From Eledone cirrhosa (Eukaryota), in assembly GCA_964016885.1 (NCBI GenBank), contig OZ024752.1, positions 15,810,001 through 15,874,000 on the forward strand: a stretch of 64,000 bases of DNA. Reading direction: 5' to 3'. The notes beneath the pieces were generated by a model. The model made no database searches. It had not been told where the DNA came from and worked only from the letters and a program-made list of their open reading frames with translations. Shown piece by piece: positions 27,664 to 42,004 of the stretch. Made by a program: the position numbers and the translations under genes. Each line of letters begins with the position of its first letter. Positions within the stretch are counted from its first letter, which is position 1.

Positions 27664-28356
27664 CTTCTTTGGAGAGTAGTGGGAGGCAGAGTCCTCAAAC
27701 ACTCCTTCCAGCAGATCCTGTCAGAAGCAACTGTCTCCACCTGTCTACCCCTGGGTCACGTGTCAGTCATTTTTTACCGTAAAATCTGTCCAATACTTCT
27801 TTCCAGAGACATTCTAACCGCATGCTCGTAGTATTAGAGCTGTGGTCACTCAATTCGAAGAAGTAGCATCTCTATCTGAAGTGCCCTAAGACATGAAATT
27901 TTCAATATAGTTTTTCGAAGCCTCATCCATAAACAAACTTTCGATCATATATGTTTTCATCTGTTTATATAATTCTTCAAATATTCTATTTCACTCGGTT
28001 ACTTCTTTTATTTTATTAGACAAAACATTGATTATAGTAGTGCAATATTTGTGATCTTATCATTTGGCAAACGAGAGGTAGATATTACTAATTCGATATC
28101 GGTATCACTTCAAATTGTTTAAATTATATATTTTTTTAATTATCGAATTCAATATAATCGCGAAAAATATAAATGTACCTGGAGTACCCAATAATTAGAC
28201 CAATCACGTGCATAGGGAGCTTAGTACGTGATTCTGTATTTTCGAGGAAATTAGTAATATACACATTGATCAAGATTTTTAGATGATGATCTGGTCTGAA
28301 TATTGTGTCGTTTGCTTCCAAATGATGGTGCGTAACCATATGTGCGTTTACATTAT

Positions 28357-28533
28357 GGCGGTGGATTGGCAGTATCGGTAGAGGGTCGGACGCATAGGAT
28401 TACGGCCCTTGCCATTCTGAGTTCAAATCCCACCGAGGTTAACTTTGCCTTTCATCCTTAAGGGGTCGATAAAATAAAGTACCAGTAATGCACTGGGTAT
28501 TTGCTGGCCTTGTGCCAAAAGTAGAAACAATTA
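28357..28533 (+). mobile_element. SINE family A
   Basis: Full head and core. Confidence 0.9.
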
Positions 28534-28673
28534 TGTCTAAAGAGTGCTGCGTTTATGAAATCAACCATTATTCGAACAACAGGAACCCACGTCGTCACAG
28601 TGAAATCTGTGAACAGTAGAAATTAAAAACATCTTTATAATACATTATTAAATTTAATAACACATAGATTACA

Positions 28674-28866
28674 TAATTGTTCCTACTTTAGGCACAAGGC
28701 CAGCAATAACCCCAGTGTATTAGTGGTACTTTATTTTATCGCCCCCGTAAGGATGAAAAGGTAAAGTTAACCTCGGCGGGATTTGAACTCAGATCATAAA
28801 GGGCCGTATCTCTATGCTGCAAAGCATGGCGTCCGACCCTCTACCGATACTGCCAATCCACTGCTC
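28674..28866 (-). mobile_element. SINE family A
   Basis: Full-length reverse complement. Confidence 0.9.
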
Positions 28867-29910
28867 TTAGGGCACCCATAGATTATATAATATTATATAG
28901 CTGAAATCAGTGGAAACGTGAATCCAAATGTTATATGCATTCGATCGAATCGCTTGACAAGATCCAAGACTTCACTCGTTTACTGAATGAGGTGGAACAC
29001 GTTAAATCGGACCAAGGAATCAATGTTTCCATTGGTCTTTCTGTTGCTGATACTATTACTGGCCGTAACTCCCGGCAGATAGAGTAACGTTAAACAAGTT
29101 GTCTTGTTCGAGGATATAGTGCATCGTCCGGTTAAGGAATCAAAGTTTCAACCTCACGATTGCAAAGCATATTCTCTCACCACTAAACCATGCGTCTTAT
29201 ATGCTCATCGATGACCGCTGAGTGCTCTACTTGTTCGATCAACGGAAGAGGCTGTTTAAGAAATTACCGTGTAAGTAGCCTAACATTCAACTGACACATG
29301 CATCTGTAATTCTCAGGGGGTTTTAGCCTGACAAATTGTGTACCAATACTAATCCTTCGAATTACAGGTACGATCTATCCAACGGGCTTCCAAACAGTTT
29401 CCGTCTACCTTGATTTATGCACAAAGCATGAAACGACCTGAAAGCTATAGGTCAATAACGATTATACAAGATGCTAAGCAGTGAAATTGAACTCCGAATC
29501 CAATGCGAACTTCTTAATCATTCCGTCAAGCTGTCTGTACATAAAATCAAATTAGGTTCATAATTTGGTTTGAAAAATAAAAATAAATATTAATCTATGT
29601 CAGTTGACGCGAGAGATGGAGAGAGCTGGAGAAACGGAAGTAGTGACTATACTAGCATTGCTGAAGTATTTTTTAGAGTTAAAGATTAAGTGGTTTTACG
29701 ATAAATATGTAGATAGCCATATATACATACACACAAGTATCATGGGAATTAAACTTTTGTGTGTTTATCTTTAGACACCATGAATATTTCCTTAACACCA
29801 ACACCGTTGACTTGGTAAATCTACATTCAACCGGAACATTGAAAACATTATTTGCAAAGTTTGAGGATTTCAAGATATTGGAACTAACTTCGTGTTTGTT
29901 TGTTTGTTTG

Positions 29911-30004
<94 letters not shown>

Positions 30005-30769
30005 GTTTTTTTGTTGTTTTTTTCATTTCATACATCATTGCAGAGTTCTTGCACTGTTACTATCACAGACATGTTTCACTAACTCTCTTTTTCAACTACT
30101 GATTTGGTATTCTCTCAAAATCCCGGGTCTCGTCTTTAAGCATTCACTGGTGTGATAAAAGATCGTATTTGTATAAATGTGGTTATAGAAGTGCGTCGGA
30201 TGGATGAGAGTTTTCACAATAATATTTTTATCATTGTAAAGTGTCCTCATTTCGTTGTATATCTGACATATATGTGACTATCACATCTATCTAAGTGATT
30301 CTAGATTTTGTGAGAGTCTTGTTGCACTCAGACCCATGTAAGAGATCTCATATAGTGTTCAAAAGCACAATTTCAATGGAATCAAGATAAACAACGAGAA
30401 ACAAGTTGTCAATATTTCATAGAAGCTCCAATATATATATATTATATAAACTTCATTTGATAGAGTATTCGATGAGTTTCTGTTCTTAAACATAATTTCC
30501 AGTTATATCTAAGATAATCTGATTTTAAGGGATTAATTCATATCTTATATACAATATCTGATAGTGATAAAATAATTGGATCTGCAATTGTAGAATTTCA
30601 TTTTAAAGCAAATGGCAACAAACATGTTCAGATCACAGCACCATCTCAAAAGATGAGGCCAGGGTTGTTGTTCCAACTTTTACTTGTTTTTCTTTAGTCA
30701 TATTCACCTCTGTTCAGCAAATGGATCACTCGTGTTCCAGACATTATTATCACAATTTACTTCAGGACA

Positions 30770-31190
30770 ATCGGTTGGAAGAATCGTTAGATCGTTGGAT
30801 AACATTCTTTGCGGCATGTTGTTATGGCCATTTACATTCTGAGTTCAAATCCAGCCGAGGTTAGCTTCGCCTTTCTTCCTTTCCTGGTCGATAGAGTAAA
30901 GTACCAGTAACACACTGAGTCGATTTAGTTGTTGGCTTTGCGCTTAAATCAGGGACCATTATTGGTAACATTAGAGGAGGTCGGAAAATTGGCAGTAACT
31001 CTCGGACAATATGCTTCGTGGCATAGAGTTAATGCCCTTTACATTCTGAGTTCAACACTCGCCGAGCTTAGCTTTGGCTTTCATCCTTACGGGGTTCATA
31101 AATTAAAGTACCAGTAACGTATTGGAATCGATTTAATCGAGCCCCCACCTCTCAAAAAAATTGTTGGCCTTGTGCCTAAATCAGAAAACC
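30770..31190 (+). mobile_element. Two older SINE A-related copies
   Basis: Diverged B box and core present twice. Confidence 0.7.
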
Positions 31191-31206
31191 ATTATTACAT
31201 TTTATA

Positions 31207-31395
31207 GGGCGGTGGATTGGCAGTATCGGTAGAGGGTCGGACGCCATGCTTTCTAGCATAGTTACGTCCCTTTACAGTCTGAGTTCAAATCCCGCCGAGG
31301 TTAACTTTGCTTTTCATCCTTACGGGGTCGATAAAATAAAGTACCAGTAATGTACTGGCTAATTGCTGGCATTGTGCCTAAAGTAGAAACAATTA
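31207..31395 (+). mobile_element. Full-length SINE family A (best copy)
   Basis: A box TGGCAGTATCGG, B box GAGTTCAAATCC, core and (ATT) tail; further copies at 8543-8628, 32121-32215 (minus), 38586-38678 and 52795-52956. Confidence 0.9.
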
Positions 31396-33008
31396 TTACA
31401 TATTATAATATATTTAGTACTACATCTTATTATGTCTATTTTCCTTTTCCTAGTGGCTCGGAGTCATTTTATCTGTTTTTCTAGGAGGTCCAAAGTCTCA
31501 CATTTCTGCTCGTTCTGTTGTTGATCTTAATGAAGACAGCATGTATTGATTATTTTATTAGAGATCTGTTTGTGTAATCGTTTTTCGAAGTGCTATTGTT
31601 ATTTTTAGTAACCTGCATACATGCTGAATCTGTGCAACTATAATACAGCTTTGTTCAATTGTAGTGACTGTACTTTATCTGAAGGACTAAACCAGAGCCT
31701 ATGAATATCAAAACACCTTTTCTTCCATTCTATCTGCGCTATGAATACATAATAGTCATATAATGAACATAACTCTTCGGGGTATCTTCTAGAAGTTGGC
31801 TGTACAGAATGTTGTGAAATATTCATATACCTAGAATATATGTATATATTATCATGTTGCCCCATATAATCGTTTATTACATGAATTTCTCATTCACCCG
31901 GCATTATACGAAGAGATGACAATACCGTGCAAGTTTTAGAAAGAAGTCTTATGAAAATTGCTTTCAAAAAATTATTGAAACTTTTATTGGAAGCAAAGAA
32001 ATGGGAAAAATATAGTACAATTATATGTTCTACTATAGACTAAATCATTCAAATTATATTAATCCTAATTATTTTAATGAAAGAGATATTGTTGAAAACA
32101 AATCAATCATTAGACAGCAATAATTGTTTCTACTTTTGACACAAGGCCAGCAATTACCCAGTGTATTACTGATACTTTATTTTATCGACCCCGTAAGGAT
32201 GAAAGGCAAAGTTAACATTAGACAGCAATAATATGAATTAGTAACATCTGCATATGAAATAAAGGCAACTATGATTTGTATCTCTATCGTGGTCTTGGCT
32301 CAAAGAAGGTTACCATATTAGCTATGGTTGTGCTTACTTAAATGATGAAAGTATAATCTTGTCTCTTTCCTTTTATCAAGAAACAATATGTAGAATACAG
32401 GCATATGTAGCTTTAATACCTTTTCCAAGCTAGTTGTATGTGCAACGTAAAGGAACTGAAGAGGCTTGTAATAAGGATCGAACCTGGCTTGTTTATACTC
32501 CTCGGCAAATATTCTATAGCTTTTGTAGGACTTCCTCTCACCATTGACTAATGATATTACCCTTCGTCAGACCTATTTGTCAGACCTATTTGTCCAAACA
32601 GGAATTGATTCAATCTTATTCATGAGAAATTAATCAGAAATTAATTGACCTATAACTGGACAAGGTTCACGATCGATTGATTACTTTTTAAACACTATTA
32701 ATTGAAATTCTTATTTTACTGTAAATATATATAATCAACCAATGTTTGCGCAATGCCTTCATATTCAATTCAATCGATAAAATAGAAATAGATCATATAT
32801 ATAAAAAAAAAACACATCATACTTTGATTGAGTGATGGATTGAGAGACAAAGATTGTAACAAATATTAAGTATCAATCCTGGCGGAATTTGTCGCTGTAT
32901 ATAAAAGAGTATCACTGACACATATGATTGATTGTAGATATTAACAAATAGAAATACTACTCATTCGTGTTAGTCTGTAACTAAAAGTAAATCTCAATAT
33001 TATCAAAC

Positions 33009-33213
33009 CTGTCAACTCTTCCCGTCCGACAGGGAGATCTCCTACCCACTGTGCGGTCGATGAGAGATGCCTTCGCTTGTGACAATTAATATAGCTTTCA
33101 TTATATAAAATATCCACATTTTGCCTCATTTCTTCCCGTATTGGGGCACTTTTCTTTTCGCGATACTCCCCGTTTGGGTTTGATGACAATATGAATGGAC
33201 CTGGTATTTTTCT
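33009..33213 (-). CDS. Candidate internal exon of host gene (205 nt, phase 0 to 1)
   Basis: Acceptor tattattttag|AGA, donor CAG|gtttga, open frame RKIPGPFILSSNPNGEYREKK...REELT; non-repetitive. Confidence 0.45.
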
Positions 33214-33274
33214 CTAAAATAATATATGTAATTCCACCCCGCCCGTCCCGTCAATCTATCTAAATGCTCGTTCT

Positions 33275-33311
33275 TTCTTCTGATGAAGGACTAGTGTCCG
33301 AAAAGTTAAGG
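33275..33311 (+). ncRNA. Minimal type I hammerhead
   Basis: TCTT-CTGATGA-A-GGAC tagt GTCC-GAAA-AG-TT-AAGG; the sister copy at 11403 has the palindromic ACGT stem III. Confidence 0.7.
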
Positions 33312-34864
33312 CCCTCTTACTGTTATTTCAAGCGTTAACCTAATATATTCCTTTTATATATTGCACTGATTGTGTTGTTATTTCTGTTTACCTTTTACAC
33401 ACACACACGTATATATATATATATATATATATGGAAAGTTATATTTAAATTGTTGGGTTACAACTAGTAAATATTTATAACTGATATAAAAGCACTCGAC
33501 AAATATTTGGAGTATATTTACAATATTAAATAAATGGAAACTATATTTATAAAACCATATTTATTTCATTATATATATTAATTTCATGAAAAATTAAGCT
33601 ACCCTAAAAGTTGATACTCCAAATATTTCGAATAAACGTTACACTAGATAAACTTCTATATTAAATATAAGAACACATGTAGACCAAATTGGGCATCCTA
33701 TACTTTTTGAAATGATCTTTGCTAGATGCGATTTGATAGATAATTTTTTGGCTTTATCTGTTTTTCGACTCTGATGTTTATAATGAACTTGGCAATATAT
33801 TGTCAATTAATTTTGAAGGGTTGATCTTTGTGGTTTATTTAATTTTTATTATTGTAGTATTTCCTAATATTTTTATTTTTAATATTTTTAATATGTAAAT
33901 TTTTTAATATGTAATATTTTTAATATGTAATATTCTTTCGTAATATTTCTTAATTTTCTATTTTATTATTACTTATTATTATTATTGATATTTTAGTTTT
34001 GTTTCCGATATATTTTTATTTTTATTAGTATATTGAAATCTGCTCTATTTTTGCTTGATAGATAATCTTGTAGAGTAGAGACAGAAATAGTAATATTGAC
34101 TCTATATACACATATATGTATACTTAAATTCTTATACCGCATTGAGAATACTTTCCGTGAACTTAGGGTTTGCAGAATTGATCATGTACATTCACATAGA
34201 TGTTTGTAATTATCACATAAACATATGAATTTTTTAAAAAACTAAACATAAGATCATTAATTTTCACACATTGTGGATACATATCTCATTCAGGAATACT
34301 GATATTTACAATGTAGAGGCTGGTTTTGTAAATACTAATACCTCTACATTAAAACAGAGGTTTTTACGCCTCGCCTGTGTCTGGATATTTTTGAATTTTT
34401 TCTCTCTCTTTTTTTCTCTCTCTATATTTTTTCTCTCCCTATATAACAGCTGGTTTTCCCTCCATATATCTCCCTTACATTAATACTAGAGCTAAATAAA
34501 TAAATATATAAATAAATGTATCATTGATACGTTATGCAACAGACGTCCCACTACCTAGCTTTCTATATATATGTATCTATCTCTATTTCCTCTCTCTCTA
34601 TATATATATATATCTTTCTGTTTCTTTACATGAAGTTCTTCTCTTTATCTATCTTTCCATCTCTCTATTTTGTTCCATGCATTTCTTCTTTTTCTTTTTC
34701 TTCGTTTTCTGTCTTTCTTTCCTTTTTTCTCTCTTTTTCTCTCTTTCTCTCTCTCTTTCTTTCTCTCTGTGTACAATTGTGTCACTACCAAATCAACCTT
34801 CTCAAATGCAAGTAGATGTTGTTACGGTATGTCGAATCTATTTATCTATAAACTGTTTATATTG

Positions 34865-34930
34865 TATTTTGTCTGAGGAAGGCATAGCATATTGTTAATA
34901 TGATATCCCTGAAATATATATAATGAAATA
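34865..34930 (+). ncRNA. Type I hammerhead ribozyme
   Basis: TATTTTGT-CTGAGGA-AGG.ATAGCATATT gtt AATATGATAT.CCT-GAAA-TATATA-TA-ATGAAATA; second copy at 62056-62121. Confidence 0.75.
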
Positions 34931-34967
34931 AATATGGTTTTATAAATATAGTTTCCAATTATTTAAT

Positions 34968-35032
<65 letters not shown>

Positions 35033-35539
35033 GAAAATAGAGAAATTAATGTGAGCAAGAAGCTAACAGTAATTCATAATATATAAGTGACTATAACGTC
35101 AAGATGGAAAATATTTAACGTCAGATATGGGAAAATAATTCAAACTCAATTAAAAAAAAAGTCAGGACAGAAATTTTATCCACACATTTTGTGAAATCCA
35201 GGGAAAAGCCAATAGAGTCTTAACTCAGAATAAAATTAAGGTTAAATATTCATCCTTCAATTTGGAAAAACTACAAATGCTCTATATAATTTCTACAAAT
35301 GCTCTATATGCTTAAAAATACTATTTCACGACACTTTTCAGTGGGGTTGGTCACGGTTGGAACCGTTCATCAGTAGAGCTCAAACACGATAACCAAAATT
35401 ACTGCTAAAATTTGCCAGAAACGGAGTTTAAAAGCAGTGTGGAATTATGAAAATAAACACACTTGGAGAACAGGGCTAATGACGTCAGAATGAGACCAAT
35501 GTCTGTTTACAAGAAACAGCAGTCAAAACATTCCGATAT

Positions 35540-35683
35540 ATATATAGTAATAATAAATGTGAAGAATAAAATCTGAAGAGGGCTCAATAAGGATATTATA
35601 TATATAAATATATATAAAGAAAACCGTAGAGTAAATATTTATTAAAATAGCAGATTAAAGTTTACGCAACGGATCTTCTGTTA

Positions 35684-35760
<77 letters not shown>

Positions 35761-35832
35761 TAAAATAATATATATTTATCCTTATCGAGCCCTCTTTGGA
35801 TTTTAGTCTTCAAATTTATTATTATTACTATA
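35540..35832. repeat. Foldback with nested inner hairpin and (TA)n
   Basis: Arms at about 35540-35600 and 35765-35832 are reverse complements. Confidence 0.75.
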
Positions 35833-36132
35833 TATATATATGTATATATATATACATATATATATATATACATATATATAACAGAAACGAAAGGAGGTGT
35901 GTGGTTACTGTAAACAAAGTTTAAGATGGTAGTATGGACGAAACAAGAGAAGAAAAGAAATCCTTCATCAGCTGTAAAACCGAGATCAAGATGTTTCGGC
36001 GCTTAATACAGGACATCTAAAAGTGATCAGCGGCGCGCCCGAGGCCTTTTCTCAATCAAAAAGCCAAGAGGGAAAGAAAAGAAAAAAGGAGAAAAGGTAG
36101 TGAGGCGAGCGGAAGAAAGAGAAATATGTATA

Positions 36133-36933
36133 TCTATATATCTAAAACAGAGAATGTCTGTCTGTCTGACTATCTAAAGCTCGAGAACCACCCAACCGAT
36201 TGTTTTCAAACTTTACACATGTAATATTTATGGTCCTCTGGGTGTTTTGAGCAAAGAATATTTCGAATTTTCAATGCCGTAGGATCCGCATTAGGCGATT
36301 TGGCGATCTCTGTATATAATTATTAGTCTTTCTTTTTAGATAGATACATAGCTATAACGCTGCGCCTTTACAATATCTGTCTGTATGTCTGATGTCTGCA
36401 TTAGGACATTATGACGCTATATATGTGTGTGTGTATATATAAGTATATATAGTGTGTGTATATATATATATATATATATACTAGCAGAAGTACCCGGCGT
36501 TGCTCGGGTGTAAGTTGACCTTTGGTCTGTTGTTAAAATGTTTGAAAGTTACTTCCCGCGCATCACAGGTGCAAAAACCTTCGAACCTCAAGGAAAAAAC
36601 CAGAGGTTAGTATACGCAGGTGTGTAATTGAGCATAAATAATGGATCAATTGTAGGTTCACAGTGTATCGTTGAAATTGTTCTTTGCAAGACTGACGGAA
36701 GTTAAATTCACTTGAAATTGAATTTTCAGTTGATTTTTAAAGCAGGGTGAAAAAGTCGATTTTTTCAAATTTTTTTTTTTTTACAATTTTGGCGCTCACA
36801 TGTGCAGAAGAAGAAATAAAAGGGACTTTATCTGAATCGCGGCATAATGGACGAATCATTTGCGACAGTGTTCACGAAAATCGGACGTTCCTGTAAAAAA
36901 TTACCCCATCAGCAAATATATATATGTGTGTGA

Positions 36934-36967
<34 letters not shown>

Positions 36968-36992
36968 GTATATATATATGTATATATATATG

Positions 36993-37023
<31 letters not shown>

Positions 37024-37104
37024 GTATTTGTGTATATATATGTATACATACATCTATATATATATATATATATATGTATTTGTGTATATATATGTATATA
37101 TACA

Positions 37105-37174
<70 letters not shown>

Positions 37175-37728
37175 TATAATTATATATATATACACACACA
37201 CATACATATATACATGACTATATATGTGTGTGTTTATCTATCTATGTATTTTATCAGCAGGCAGGAGGTGTGGCTGCGCCAGTGAGGTGGAAGAGAGGGA
37301 ATTAGAGTAAGTTAGAGTTGTCGTGATTTTTGCCTCTGGTGATCGAATTATCGATTTTTCGAAAATTTTATGTAGCGCACGTCTATCCCCGCATCAAAAT
37401 ACATACTTGCGTCGAGTTTCATTGATTTTTGAAAATATCGATTTTTGGCTTCTGGGATCCCGATTATCGATTTTTCGAAATTTTCAAGTAGCCTATTCCA
37501 CTCTACGCGTTGAGTTTTATATATGTGTGAGGTTTCATGAAAATTGGATGAACGGTGTAGCATGCAAGTTCGACACACTAAACAATGCCCATCTTCACTT
37601 TATATATAAGATATAGTGCGTAACGTTTTTCGAAATATTTATTTCTGCCTTCACAGATTGACTTTTTTTAGTTTCAGAAGATCCGGTTATGGGTGAAAGC
37701 AGCGATTCTTTGCTTAAACTTTAATCTG

Positions 37729-37805
<77 letters not shown>

Positions 37806-38052
37806 TATATTCGTGTACAGATGTTTTTGTATACACAAATATAAATAAAAAATTATTTTACGATAAAGTATTGATTTTCTTCGCACGGAAAAAAACCCTG
37901 GTAATCTACGCCGAATTTTTTTTATAAGCACAAAATGTAGACACCATCCCGAAGCCGAGGTATTCCGTATTTCTCTGTACTGTTTCAGAAAGGAGGGATA
38001 AACATCCTAATATATGTTTAGAATCCCGAGAAACGCCGGGCTATTCTACTAG
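36133..38052 (+). mobile_element. Non-autonomous Helitron (outer)
   Basis: A|TC 5' end followed by (GTCT)n; 3' hairpin cccgagaaacgccggg then CTAG|T. Confidence 0.7.
36481..37611 (-). mobile_element. Non-autonomous Helitron nested in opposite orientation
   Basis: Minus strand A|TCTTATATATAAA at 37611; 3' hairpin cccgagcaacgccggg and CTAG|T at 36481. Confidence 0.8.
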
Positions 38053-39599
38053 TATATATATATATACAAAGAAATGAAGCTAAGAAAAGAATGTCACTGC
38101 AATGATCTAACTGTTTTTGATGACTCGAAAAATGTATTGAACTATATTTATATTGATATATTATTTTTAATTTACAATCCCAGACAATGTATTATTTACA
38201 ACAGGAACATTTGTATATAACACATTTTACTTGATCCTGGTACTTGGAGGTCTTTCAGAAGTTATATCGTCAACAATGTATCCGTCTGAGTTATATGGTA
38301 GGGAATAAACAGATACATTATCTCATCTTCATGTCTCTTGTCTTTCGAAGTCAAATCGCGCCGAAGCTTCAGTAAATTTTGTTTGTATGCTACAAGTTAA
38401 ACATTAAAGACAACAGGCACGAAAATAAGCTATTATCTAGAAAAGCTTGATGAAACAACTCATCCACAAGTACTCCATCAATAACCTGTATACTCACCCT
38501 CTTTACTTTTGCTATCATCTCGAACGGTTCATGGGTATCTGACTTAGCCAGCTGTGCGTTACCAATACTGCAACCTAGCCATTATTTTGCCTTTCATCCT
38601 TACGGGGTCGATAAAATATAAAGTACCAGTAATGCATTAGCAAATTGCTGGCCTTTTGCCAAAAAGTAGAAACAATTATCTTTCATTCTCTCTCTACATA
38701 TCTTTCTCTCTATATATATCTATCTATCTCTTCCTCTCTATCTATCTCTTCCTCTCCCTCTCTCTCTCTCTCTCTATCACTCTCACCCTTTCCATCTCTC
38801 TATCTATCTATATTTCTCTCTACCCCCCCCTCTCTCTATCTATCTATCTATCTGCTTAGTTTGTAATGTACTATGGACACCATCGCTCGCAAAATTATCG
38901 AAATTATGAAATTTAAACACCACATCATCTTATACTTCCTCTATAGTTATATAACCGGGAATTATCCACTTCTGTATCTCTGTTCTTTACTACAGTTCAT
39001 CTAGCTAGAACAATTTACGGAACGTAAAGAATTTCTGTTAGTTTCAACCATGAACGTCCAGTTGTTTGCTCAGCGGAAGTACTTGCTAATAAAGTTAAGG
39101 TCTAAATGGTTGAGAATTTGACAGAATTAGTGTACCCTTGATGTAATTCTGATGTAGATTTATTGTGATACTGTGTGGCAACCAAAACCTTTCCTTTATA
39201 TGTACAGTCGATCCTATAGATTTCCAAATAGCTTTCTTCTACCGAGTTTCACGACCTGAGTCTATGGCAAACGTCACTTGCCCAAATTGCTATGCAGTGA
39301 GACACAACCAGGGATAGAATGAAGCGAACGTCTTAAATACTCGGTGATGTTGCGACTACAAAAAACTAGAAATCACTTATAAACAATACGAAAATGTTTT
39401 TGTGGAGGAAGAGGAATCCATGTTCTCATGTCAGTTGCTATGAAGAGCGAGCTCCTAATGTTTCCCCTATCAAATCAATCCCTACTATTTTAGACCCAGA
39501 ATTATCCGTTGCATAAGACACTATTAACATCTAGCATCCGTAAATGATGGGGTTATCTTCACTGAAATGTTTTGGTCCTAGATCTACTCATTAAGAGTT

Positions 39600-39940
39600 G
39601 TCCTGTATCTAAGCATGATTGTTGCTCCGACGAGTTTGTGGTCAGATCCACAGATAGATTGATGCTAATCGACAGAGTTAAAACAGTAAGGCAAAATGAG
39701 CTTTAGTCATGTCATCAGGGTGCAGATTTGACTACCCACATCCTCGAGTGACGAATACATGGGAAAAGGGCCAGGGGGCGGCAGAAAAGGAGATGAACAG
39801 ATGATATTAAGGAATGGACAGAAAGGAGTTTGGCGGAATGTACAGCAATGGCAAGAGACAGGAAAAAGTGGAGAGTGCATGTTAATAAGTCCATGACCTC
39901 TGACCCTTAGATATGAGGATGGGGTGAGGCTAGGCTAGGT
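39600..39940 (+). pseudogene. Old RTE-like LINE 3' fragment
   Basis: GKRARGR.K....DDIKEWT.......AMARDRKKWR. Confidence 0.65.
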
Positions 39941-40842
39941 ATCTAAACAACAATTGTAAACGTTTTGAACTTCAAACGACCATCGTAATTGTTATTAATA
40001 TTGATATTTGGTTTTCAATCAATGTTTACTATCAATATTATCGTTTACCATATCATTTGGCAGGCGTAACTGTAAAATTGAACAAATGACACCACTTTAT
40101 TTTTTTTATATCAATTAATTGGTTGACATTAATCAATTACTATCAAATATATATATATTTTTTTATTTACCGTGACAAAATATTATGTTTGCAGTGAGAT
40201 AGGTAAACCTCAATTTGGCTATAAACACATTTGTTTAATACTTAAATTTGATTGCGGAATTCCATAATTTTGTCGTTACAGTCTAACATAAAGACTTTTT
40301 TAATAACTTTTCAGAATTGAAGTAAATGCAAATAATAATAGTATTTTATAGGAATTAATCTAGCTGAATCAACTACAAACATGGATCTGTTATGTGTCAA
40401 CGTGATTTAAATTTGTAGTATATAAAACAGCAGAATCCGAAGGGAAAAATGTTATTCTGCTTCGGGTGAGAATAATCCGTATAAATCAAGCAGTTTATGC
40501 CATGAAGAATAAAAAAATTCTACTGTTTAGGAATATCATTCATTTTCAGAGAGAAATTTCAAAGACGTGTCTTAGCATTAGTTTGTACAATTTCCCTTGA
40601 AAAACGAAAGAAAAATAATGAAGAGATGACAGGGATTAGATATAAAGGAAATCGGGATAACTGCAAATATCTGACAGTTGAGAATGAGTTGTATGTTGGG
40701 GGGTGAACGGGATAGTGTGATGTTTCAAATTAATAGCTATATACAGATCGATCTAGCCCAGAAAAAATAGTTTTACTATAATTTCAATATCTTTAGGAAA
40801 TGTTTATGTTTCCCTTACTTTCTAATGTAATGGTATTTAACA

Positions 40843-41029
40843 GTGGAGTGGTAGTATCGGTAGAGATTTGGACGCCATGCTTTGCAGCATAGAGTTACGC
40901 CCCTTTCTGATCTGAGTTCAATTCCTGTAAACATTAACATTGCCTTTCATCCTTATGGGGTCGATAAAATAAAGTACCAGTAATGCACTAGGATAATTAC
41001 TGGCCTTGTGCAAAAAGTAGAAACAATTA
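40843..41029 (+). mobile_element. SINE family A
   Basis: Head and core. Confidence 0.85.
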
Positions 41030-41252
41030 TAGTATTTAACTCAAAATATGCGACCAATAGATAAATATTGCTGTGAAATGGTACAAAATTGCTTTTTATG
41101 TTCACTATTTTACGACATTATGCGCTGAATTTCAAGGAAATATATTCAGACAAGGGAAAGATATTTTCATGGATTACTTTTCTAGGTAGTGCCCTTCACA
41201 GGTATCTCCTGGATTGGAATTGAAACCTGGGGATGCTGTGAATGGTTCTTAC

Positions 41253-41288
41253 CTGGTTTGGAGTACTGCAAAAATTGTTTGTCTTCAC
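41253..41288 (-). CDS. Candidate 36-nt exon
   Basis: ttttttgtcag|GTG...CAG|gtaaga, strong splice signals, frame-preserving (VKTNNFCSTPNQ in phase 0). Confidence 0.4.
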
Positions 41289-41490
41289 CTGACAAAAAAT
41301 ACCCAGTTGAAATGGATGGATCGTTTACTGAGGGTTGTACAAGAAACAACTCTATAGACCCTTCTGATTATCTATGATACCTTATAATATATTTAAATAT
41401 TGATACGTATACTATCAATCATGAGTAAATAAATGAGTTCATTATACATATTACAACAGCGTCTTTCTATAGATCAGGATTGCTCTATAT

Positions 41491-42004
41491 GAGAGGTTCT
41501 CAACTTTGTTGGCCCACCTACCCTCTCACAGCCACGTAATAACCTCAGCGCCCCAATCCTATTTCCATGGAGACCTTCCTACACGCAAATTGCAAATAAT
41601 ATATGATCAATCAAATCATTAGTTAACTTTGATAGGTTTCGGCCAGTATTGTCCCAGGCCATGCCTAACTTAATTATATATAATAAATAATATAATATAT
41701 ACTATGTATAAATAAATATTATAATTTTTTTATTTTACTGGTGCCCCAGCATAGCCTCAGCCGGATGGCTTGAACAGGTAAAAGAGTAAAAGAATATCTA
41801 TCATTTGATAACTAATATATTGGGGCATCAAGTATGGAATTTGTAGAAATTTGTTGAAAAAAAACAAATTTCTACAAATTTTATACTTGAGGACCCAATA
41901 ATATTAAATTATCTCTACAGCCCCCTTAGGCCCCAACACCCCCTTGGAACATCTCAACGCCCCCCCCCCGGGGGAGGGGGTAGAGCCCACTTTGAGAACG
42001 TCTG
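41491..42004. mobile_element. hAT(Charlie)-like MITE
   Basis: TIRs gAGAGGTTCTCAA / TTGAGAACGTCTG; imperfect 8-bp flanks ctctatat / ctataaat; internal hairpin at about 41818-41900. Confidence 0.6.

Noticed and set aside
26490-28330. Very old non-LTR RT remnant on minus (also about 31440-31900)
   Set aside because: Only faint motif traces; too decayed to call
31207-31295. tRNA gene
   Set aside because: A and B boxes belong to a SINE head; no cloverleaf
35577-35600. CTGAAGA in a foldback arm
   Set aside because: Not conserved in the other arm and no downstream GAAA or stems
35935-36060. CTGATGA and GCC-GAAAC motifs on the minus strand
   Set aside because: Could not assemble consistent stems I-III
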